DNA from: Candidatus Woesearchaeota archaeon
Lineage (GTDB): Archaea > Nanobdellota > Nanobdellia > Woesearchaeales > JAFGPW01
Length of the DNA stretch: 64,000 bases
Reading direction: 5' to 3'
Assembly: GCA_016935985.1 (NCBI GenBank)
Contig: JAFGPW010000002.1
Location: forward strand, 65,991-129,990
Below, piece after piece: positions 49,134 through 56,044 of this stretch. Under the pieces are notes generated by a model. That model was not told the origin of the DNA. It ran no database searches and saw only the letters and a list, made by a program, of their open reading frames with translations. The translations under genes were made by a program, and so were the position numbers. Every line of letters starts with the position of its first letter. The stretch's first letter is position 1.

Positions 49134-49384
49134 TTGGCAAGCTTCTTGATCCTAAGGCTATAATCGGAACTATCTCGTTTGTTTTTATCATGGTTGTTCT
49201 TTTTATGATGCTTGACGGAATACAAGATAGTCCTTTAGCTGAGAACGAACAGGCAAATAAGACTATTCAAGAAACGAAAGAATCTTTATCTATCTTGACT
49301 AATGGTTATTTTCTTGCTGGAAGCATAGCAAGTGCAATAGCATTGATAGGCTTCTTCATCTGGTTATATCATAGATACAGTTAG
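49130..49384 (+). CDS. Cassette 7: small two-TM membrane protein
   Basis: ATGA overlap with the helicase stop; its own stop abuts the innermost inverted repeat. Confidence 0.7.
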   Translation: MIGKLLDPKAIIGTISFVFIMVVLFMMLDGIQDSPLAENEQANKTIQETKESLSILTNGYFLAGSIASAIALIGFFIWLYHRYS

Positions 49385-49577
49385 TTTTCTCGTCCCCTTC
49401 TAAAAAATATGAATTTTCGAGCAACAAAGTTGCGAGCGTAGATGTCCGTCAGGACTAAGGAACTCCCCCCTTAAATTAAAGAACTCCCCTATTAAAAATA
49501 AATTTCTCCGAAGGAGACTATATGTGCGTAGCACTGGAACTCCCCAACTTTACCGTCAAAGAAATGGAAATTTTATT

Positions 49578-49598
49578 GTATTTAACACGTATTAAGCG
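49578..49598. other. attI-like simple site
   Basis: GTATTTAAC-ACGTA-TTAAGCG: core plus TTAA box 5 nt apart, no partner arm; marks the AT-to-GC transition about 80 nt upstream of the recombinase. Confidence 0.7.
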
Positions 49599-49675
49599 TA
49601 CTTTTTCGCGCCGAACAGGGATTTCCGGCGTCTTCACGAAAAGGCGTATAAATGCCCGCTGTCCCCCGTGTCCGG

Positions 49676-50473
49676 ATGGGGTATGAGAGGATTGTGACAG
49701 ACGAGTGCAGGTTCAGGGGCTATTCGCCGAGGACGATAAAGGCATACCTGCATCACGTCAAGAGGTTCGTGGCGTCCGGGATGCCGCCGAGGGAGTACCT
49801 CCTCATGCTCATCGGGAACGGCGCCTCTGACGAGACGGTGAGGTCCGCGGGCTTCGCCGTCAGGTTCTATCTCGCGGCTGCGGGGAAGGGCCGCCCGGAG
49901 GCCGGAACGGTCCTTGCCGCCCTGCCGAACGTCAAGCGCGGGAAGAGGCTTCCGGTGATACTCTCCAAGGAGGAGGTGGGGCGGCTGGTATCGGCCTCCA
50001 GCAACGCCAACCACCGGCTGATCATGCAGGTAGGTTATTCTGCCGGCCTGCGGGTCAGCGAGATAGTGAACCTCCGCTGGCAGGACGTCGATCTCGGCAG
50101 GGACGTGATCCATGTGAAGCGCGCCAAAGGGAAGAAGGACCGGATCGTCATGCTCTCTTCGAAAGTCAAGGAAGGCCTGCTGGGCCTCGCGCCTGGCAGG
50201 GAAGGGCCTGTCTTCCTCACGAACAGGGGCGGAAGGTACTCACCAAGGACGATACAGAAGATCATAGCGGATGCGGCAGCGAAGGCAGGCATACGGAAGA
50301 GGATAACCCCGCACACCCTGCGGCATTCCTTCGCGACGCATCTCCTGGAGAACGGGACAGACCTGCGGCACATCAGGGACCTGCTGGGACATTCTGACCT
50401 GCGCACGACCATGGTCTATACGAACGTGTCGAACAGGACCATCCGCGGCATCAGGAGCCCGCTGGACGACTGA
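49676..50473 (+). CDS. Tyrosine recombinase, IntI-related but lacking the IntI-specific insertion
   Basis: RGYSPRTIKAY N-domain, LPVILS, GLRVSE (R), AKGKKDR (K), HTLRHSFATH (HxxR), LLGHS, TTMVYT (Y), C-terminal SPLD. Start placed about 23 nt after GTATAAAT. Confidence 0.93.
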   Translation: MGYERIVTDECRFRGYSPRTIKAYLHHVKRFVASGMPPREYLLMLIGNGASDETVRSAGFAVRFYLAAAGKGRPEAGTVLAALPNVKRGKRLPVILSKEEVGRLVSASSNANHRLIMQVGYSAGLRVSEIVNLRWQDVDLGRDVIHVKRAKGKKDRIVMLSSKVKEGLLGLAPGREGPVFLTNRGGRYSPRTIQKIIADAAAKAGIRKRITPHTLRHSFATHLLENGTDLRHIRDLLGHSDLRTTMVYTNVSNRTIRGIRSPLDD

Positions 50474-50703
50474 AGGGTGACCCGGGAATAAGGGCCGTCT
50501 TCTCGCCCGCCTGGACGCGCCCGGCGCGCGGCCTTGGCGATTCCCGCATCCCAATATGCACCTCAAAGATATATGATTCGATAATAGTGTTATGATATAC
50601 TTATCCGAATACATATCTCCTGCATACTATTCCCGTCCGCATCCCGCCCGCCGCCGTTCTCTCCGAGTAAGATTTAAATACGCCCGCTGAATGGCGACCG
50701 TCT

Positions 50704-52104
50704 ATGGGCATCATCCCGTTCTCCGGTGAGCGCAAGCGCCACTTCCTCTATTCGAGCCTCCTTTTCGCCGAGCCGGAGGCGCACCTCGCGCCGTTCTTCA
50801 GGCGGGAGAGCCTCGCCTGTTTCGGCACCGGCATGAAGGCAGAGACGCTCGTCCAGGAGAAGCACTATCAGGCGCTGCTCGCGAGCTTCGCGAAACGGCC
50901 GAAATCCTTCGACGACATCGAGAGGCTCTGCCTCAAGGAGCGGAAAAAAGCGATCGACCTTACCAAGAAGCTGAAAGGCGCCTCATCGTTCCGCCGCACG
51001 ACCATCGCCTCCTACTACTATGGGATCCACACGGGGCTCGCGTTCTTCATCCAGCTCTCGTTCCTGCTCGAGCGGCTGCAGCAGGCGGCGTTCCCCCGGG
51101 TCGTGCGCTGGCTCCAGGAAGAGCATCCCGACCAGGTCGAGCAGGCGGCGTACCTGTGCAAGAGCGAGAAGCCCACCTTCGAGACGATCGAGAAGGAGAA
51201 GCTCGCCGAGCTCCTGCTCGAGGACACGCTCCAGGTAAAGAAGGCGCGGATGGTCGACCACGCCCACCGCTTCGGCTTCCTGTCCGTCGGGCTCGCGGGC
51301 GAGCCTGCGGCGACGCACGAGCAGGCGACCCGCACTGCTGAGGAGCTGCTCAGGCGGCACCCGAACGAGGAGAGCCTCAGGGCCTATGTCGAGGAGCGCA
51401 AGCGCGGCGCGAAGGCGAAGGCGCTCGAGAAGAAGGCGCTCCTCGACTCGCTCGCGCCCGACCCCTATGTGCGGCGCTACATCTACGTGCTCCAGAAGTC
51501 GGGGTCGCTGCTCGAGCTGTGCGCCTCCATCATCAGGATCGTCGTCTACCTCGCCCAGCCGCTCTACGCCGAGGCCGCGCATCGGCTCGGCCTCGACATG
51601 AATGGCCTCCTCTCCCTCACCGCCGAGGAGGTGGAGTCGCACTTCATGGACGACACGAGGCCGGATGAGGCCCTCTTGGAGAAGCGTCGCGGACAGTACC
51701 ACCTCAGCGTCGCTGACGGCAGGATCGCCATCGCCTACGGCGACGAGGCGGAAGGCCGCATCGCCGATTCCCGCGGCGAGAAGGAGGTGCGCTCGCTTCC
51801 CGGCACCATCATCTTCTTCGGCAAGGCGACCGGCGCCGCCAGGGTCATCACCGACCCCTCATACCCGGAGAAGCTCCATGTGGGCGACATCCTCGTCTGC
51901 GTCACGACCGGCCCCGACTACCGGTTCCTGATCGAGAAGGCGGGAGCCATCATCTGCGAGGGCGACGACGAGTACCTCGCCGGGTACCTGGAGGACCGTA
52001 AGAAGCCGGCGCTGAAGAACGTCGACGCGGCGACCGAGCGGCTCGCTGACGGCATGAGCGTCATCGTCGACGCGGATGAGGGCAAGGTCCTGATCGACGA
52101 GTGA
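50704..52104 (+). CDS. PEP-utiliser mobile-domain protein (degenerate)
   Basis: GKATGAARVI..GDILVCVTTGPDY..ATERLADG..VDADEGKV; the phospho-His motif is absent. Confidence 0.78.
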   Translation: MGIIPFSGERKRHFLYSSLLFAEPEAHLAPFFRRESLACFGTGMKAETLVQEKHYQALLASFAKRPKSFDDIERLCLKERKKAIDLTKKLKGASSFRRTTIASYYYGIHTGLAFFIQLSFLLERLQQAAFPRVVRWLQEEHPDQVEQAAYLCKSEKPTFETIEKEKLAELLLEDTLQVKKARMVDHAHRFGFLSVGLAGEPAATHEQATRTAEELLRRHPNEESLRAYVEERKRGAKAKALEKKALLDSLAPDPYVRRYIYVLQKSGSLLELCASIIRIVVYLAQPLYAEAAHRLGLDMNGLLSLTAEEVESHFMDDTRPDEALLEKRRGQYHLSVADGRIAIAYGDEAEGRIADSRGEKEVRSLPGTIIFFGKATGAARVITDPSYPEKLHVGDILVCVTTGPDYRFLIEKAGAIICEGDDEYLAGYLEDRKKPALKNVDAATERLADGMSVIVDADEGKVLIDE

Positions 52105-52357
52105 CGGGCGGATCGCGCGTCCCGCATGGTGCGGTATCACCCTCTCCCTGGCATCCTCCTCTCCCTGGCATCCTTCCCTCTCTGTTCGCGCAGCCACCAG
52201 GGCGCCTGGTGGGGCATCCCGATCGTCACTGTCAGCTTCGCCATGCTGCCGACCCTGTCGCGTTCCGCCGCCCTCCGGAAGGGCTCCTATAAAAAAGGTT
52301 CCATCAGGGAGTGATTAATTGGGTGAAGATGGGGAGGGGGCAGGGGGATGTCGCCGT

Positions 52358-53608
52358 CTAGCGGTTGATCGCCCGCACCACTTCCGCTATCTGGTGGCCG
52401 TACTTGGAGTCGTAGAACAGGGGAGCGGTGAGCGGCTTATAGGTATAGGGGATCGCCCTGAATTCCTCATACGCCTCGATGACCGCGCGCGAGAAGGTGC
52501 GTATCGCGATGTTCTCCTCGACATAGTCGTACCAGTAGTCGCGGTGGTGGGAGAGCGTCTTGTACGAGTCCATGAGCCGGAAGGCCGAGCTCTCGAAATA
52601 GTCGCTGATGCCCTCGATCATGTCCTCCTCGACGATCTCCTTATACCCCATCTGGTAGAGCCTGCGGAAGACCGATTTCGTGATATCGATGAACATCCGA
52701 TGCAGGCCGCGCGTCGGGTCGTCGACGCTGATGTCCTGGTGCTTGTGGTCATAGACGCCGAGGTCGACCTGGCCGCAGCGCCAGGGCGAATTGTGCAGCC
52801 AGGTGAGCTGGCCTATCTCCAGGTCGTAGAGGGGAGGCACCGGCATGCGGGGCCAGAGGGTGCGCGACATCGCGAACTCGCCTGAGGTCAGGTACTTGTA
52901 TTCGCTCAGGTAGCTCAGGTAGTCCTGGATCGCCGCCTCGTCCCTGAAGACCTTGCTGAGCGAGAGGATGAGCGGCCGCACCCCGAGCCTGAGCGCCCGG
53001 CCGAAGAGCTGGTGCTTGCCCTGCTCCTCATTCCATTTCAGCCGCTGGTAGTACGCCTTGATGAAATCGAAGCCCATCTTGGGATACATCAGCGGCATCG
53101 CGAGGTTCTCGACGAAATGGCTGTCATAGGTCAGGATGTCGGCGTCGTGGAGCATCAGATGGCTCATGGGATCGACGGTGTGGAGGTAGAGCAGCGAGGT
53201 CCAGACGTTCGCGCCCTTGCCGCGGTCGAGCTCGGGGATGTTCGCCCCCTTCTCCTTCATCTCTTTCCGTATCTCATGGATCTGGGGGTGCAGGTTCCAG
53301 ACCAGGGTGACGCGGTCGCCGAGCCGCTTCTGGTAATTCGATTTCAGGTCCTTGTACGCCCTCTCGCCGGTCAGCCCGTCGATGGGGATCACGATGCTGC
53401 TTATCCAGGTGTTCCTGGAGAGGGAGGAGACGATCCCCTCGAGCCCCTGCCCCGCGTCCCCCAGCATCGCAGGGGAGATGGCGTCGGCATACGTCGCCGG
53501 GATGACGAGCGTGATGGGGTCGTGCCTCCGATGGAGCGCGAGCTTGTGCTCGGCGCTCTCGCGTGCGGCCCCGAGGTCCACTACCCTGTCCCCTTGGTTG
53601 AACGGCAT
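52358..53608 (-). CDS. Glucosyl/mannosyl-3-phosphoglycerate synthase-like GT-A glycosyltransferase
   Basis: GKGANVW, HDADILTY, FIKAYY, YLTSGEFAM and YDHKHQ motifs. Confidence 0.82.
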   Translation of the reverse strand: MPFNQGDRVVDLGAARESAEHKLALHRRHDPITLVIPATYADAISPAMLGDAGQGLEGIVSSLSRNTWISSIVIPIDGLTGERAYKDLKSNYQKRLGDRVTLVWNLHPQIHEIRKEMKEKGANIPELDRGKGANVWTSLLYLHTVDPMSHLMLHDADILTYDSHFVENLAMPLMYPKMGFDFIKAYYQRLKWNEEQGKHQLFGRALRLGVRPLILSLSKVFRDEAAIQDYLSYLSEYKYLTSGEFAMSRTLWPRMPVPPLYDLEIGQLTWLHNSPWRCGQVDLGVYDHKHQDISVDDPTRGLHRMFIDITKSVFRRLYQMGYKEIVEEDMIEGISDYFESSAFRLMDSYKTLSHHRDYWYDYVEENIAIRTFSRAVIEAYEEFRAIPYTYKPLTAPLFYDSKYGHQIAEVVRAINR

Positions 53609-53692
53609 GGTGCAGCATCCTATCTGATGGCGGCTTATTCACCCCTTGAGAATAGCTAATCTGGCGGGATATATAAAATTTGGTATGGTCTC

Positions 53693-54907
53693 TTATAAAT
53701 GGAGCTGCCGGACCTCCCGGTAGGCAGCACCTGCCTCAGGCGCATGCCTGATGATGCCGTCGAGCCGGTTCCTGGCGTGCTGGAGGACGAGGTCGTGCTT
53801 GTACCGCTTGAGCTCTTCGCGGGAGCCGTCCTTCGGCCGCTCGTAGAGGCGGCGCCGCACGATCGTCGCTCCCTCCTCAGTGGCGTCGAGGTAGCCGAGC
53901 TCAGCGGCCCTGCGGTAGAACCGCACGGTCCGGAGGAAGAGGCCGTCCCTGTTGACGGTCCCTTCATCAGGGCCGTAGAGCCGCGGGTCGACGGCGATTC
54001 CCGCCTTGCCGAGCGCATCGGCTGAATGCGATATCGCGTCGTACAGGTCGCCGAATCGGAAGCCCCTCTGTCCCTTCCCGGCGAGGTCGTAGAGGAATCG
54101 CGCCCCGAGCATGGAGGCGGTTATCGTCGAGAGGTCGAGGAAGCTGCCCTTGATCCGCTCCGCGAACGTCGCGATGTCGCGCCTCACCCACGCCTCGTCG
54201 GTATCGGCGGGGAGGCGTCGCACGGGCCGGTACGTGAACGGCTCGCCGAAGGCGAAGAAGACAAGGTTCCGATGCCGCTTCCCGAGCGGCGCGCCTGCCA
54301 TGAAGTCATAGGTCGTGCCGACCGGCACGACCCTGACCGACTCCACATGCCCCTCGTGCGGGATGTGCGAGATGTTGTACGCGCCGGCGTGGATCTTCGG
54401 GATGCGGCCGTCGGTCTTCGAGGTGCCTTCAGGGAGGATGCCTGCCGAGTATCCCGCGAGGTAAGAGTCCCTGATGCTCCCGAGCGTGGCCCGGTTCTTC
54501 GCCCGCAGCTCCTCCCTCCCGGAATCGGTGAGGCCCTCCTTCGCGCTCACGCGGCGGATCGGGAACGCGGCGAAGGAGAAAAGGGTCCAGATCGCCGCAT
54601 TGAGCGCCTGTGACGAGGTGAAATCCTTGATGCCGATCCGCACTGGCGGCTTTGCCGGCAGCTTCCGCCAGAGCGGCAGGCCGTTGAGAACGTCGTACCA
54701 CGATTCGTGCTTCATGATGTAGAGGTGGGGGCTGGGGAGCGGCGTGCCGTCCTCCCGGACCAGGTTCTCGAGGCCCCGGACATGCACCTCCTCGGTGAAG
54801 AGCGGCTGCGCCTTCTCGAGCATCCATGTCACTCCCCTCATCAGCCAGCGGCGTGACGCGGGAGGCTCGGCCTCGATGATCCGCACGTCGAGCTGCCTTG
54901 CGCCCAT
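53693..54907 (-). CDS. PlsC/PlsB-family glycerolipid acyltransferase
   Basis: VRGLENL, KHESWYD (HxxxxD), FPIRR, LPEGT and FGEP motifs. Confidence 0.82.
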   Translation of the reverse strand: MGARQLDVRIIEAEPPASRRWLMRGVTWMLEKAQPLFTEEVHVRGLENLVREDGTPLPSPHLYIMKHESWYDVLNGLPLWRKLPAKPPVRIGIKDFTSSQALNAAIWTLFSFAAFPIRRVSAKEGLTDSGREELRAKNRATLGSIRDSYLAGYSAGILPEGTSKTDGRIPKIHAGAYNISHIPHEGHVESVRVVPVGTTYDFMAGAPLGKRHRNLVFFAFGEPFTYRPVRRLPADTDEAWVRRDIATFAERIKGSFLDLSTITASMLGARFLYDLAGKGQRGFRFGDLYDAISHSADALGKAGIAVDPRLYGPDEGTVNRDGLFLRTVRFYRRAAELGYLDATEEGATIVRRRLYERPKDGSREELKRYKHDLVLQHARNRLDGIIRHAPEAGAAYREVRQLHL

Positions 54908-55019
54908 ACGAGGCAGGGAGAAGGTACATAATAATAAAAGTTTTCAAATAAAGAAAGGGGATTGGGGGAAAGGAATAAAAGAGGGAATAAAAGAGGGAAG
55001 AAAAGAAAAATAGGGGGGC

Positions 55020-55898
55020 CTAGCGCCGCTTCTTCCTAAAGACCCGCACCACGAGCCAGACGATCCCGATGCCGACCGCCCACGGCACCACCACGAACAG
55101 GAGCGTGAGCAGGCTGTTGAACGAGTCCACGAGGCTTCGCACGAGCTCGCTGATCTTCACGAGCGCGACGCTCACGTAGTCGCTCTGCTTCTCCTGGATC
55201 GAGAGGGATATCGTCGAGTAGTCGACCCGCTGGTCCATGTTCCCGATCCGGTCCTCGAGGTACTTCACGCGGCGCTCCTGGTCGAAGATCCGGTCGCTGA
55301 GCGTGATCTTGTCCTCGACCTTCACCGCGTCGTCGTACATCTCCTGGTAGCGCTCGAGCCGCGCCTTCTCGGCCTCGAGCTCGACCTGCGCGTCGGTGTA
55401 CCGGCCGGTGATGTCGTCCCTGCTCTCGGAGAAGGACTGCACCTCGCCGATCTGCTTCAGCTGCGCGACGACCGCCTCGTACTTCGGCGTCTCGACCTTG
55501 ATCTGGTAGTAGCCCTGCCAGGTCTGGTGGCCGGCGGGACCGTACTTGTTGACGTTCTCGTCGAGCAGGTAGCCGTCGGCAGCGGTGATGACCCCCTTCG
55601 CGAGCGCCGCGTTCTCGGCGAACGAGCCGCGCGGCACCTCGGTCGTGAGCGAGGCGCTCTTGGTGATCACCCGGTCGGTGACCTCGGGCGCGAAGCCCTC
55701 ATCGTAGTAGACGCCGCCGCCGCGGTACGCCGCAGATTCCTCCATGTCATACGCGGCCATCGGCGCCGCCATGCCGACGCTCTTGTAGGCGAGCTGCGAT
55801 AGCTCCCCGCCGCCGGAGAGCGCCACGACGAGCACGATGAGCACGATTGCGATAAGCCAATTGTCCTTGACCGTCCTATACTGTTCCTTGATTCCCAT
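55020..55898 (-). CDS. DUF4349 domain membrane protein
   Basis: RVITKSASL, DDITGRYTD and RVDYSTI motifs; N- and C-terminal TM segments. Confidence 0.85.
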   Translation of the reverse strand: MGIKEQYRTVKDNWLIAIVLIVLVVALSGGGELSQLAYKSVGMAAPMAAYDMEESAAYRGGGVYYDEGFAPEVTDRVITKSASLTTEVPRGSFAENAALAKGVITAADGYLLDENVNKYGPAGHQTWQGYYQIKVETPKYEAVVAQLKQIGEVQSFSESRDDITGRYTDAQVELEAEKARLERYQEMYDDAVKVEDKITLSDRIFDQERRVKYLEDRIGNMDQRVDYSTISLSIQEKQSDYVSVALVKISELVRSLVDSFNSLLTLLFVVVPWAVGIGIVWLVVRVFRKKRR

Positions 55899-56044
55899 CC
55901 GGATCACCTCGAAAGTCCATGCTTGCTGATCGGTACTGGTGCTCGAAGATATACGCACCTTTTATAAATACTTTCTGAACGCTGCAACCGGAATCGAACA
56001 AATCCACAACAACCTTTTTAAACAGACGCGCATTTTCCGCGCCC

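Larger units (their letters stand above)
38111..50473. mobile_element. Integron-like platform: tyrosine recombinase, attI-like site and seven-cassette array
   Basis: Abrupt AT-rich island; six homologous TAAC...GTTA folded sites separating gene units; divergently oriented recombinase at the right end. Confidence 0.88.

Noticed and set aside
38111..49600. Prophage or plasmid integrated at thrS
   Set aside because: There are no capsid, replication or conjugation genes and no duplication of the thrS 3' end at the far boundary; the recombinase has host-like rather than island-like composition.
49676..50473. Housekeeping XerA chromosome-dimer resolvase
   Set aside because: Not excluded without a phylogeny, but the short IntI-like N-terminus, the SPLD tail and the adjacency to the attI-like site and array favour a cassette recombinase.
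54950..55015. Purine-rich short tandem repeat (GGAATAAAAGAG twice)
   Set aside because: It reads as a pyrimidine/T-rich tract on the minus strand after the DUF4349 gene, consistent with an ordinary archaeal terminator region.
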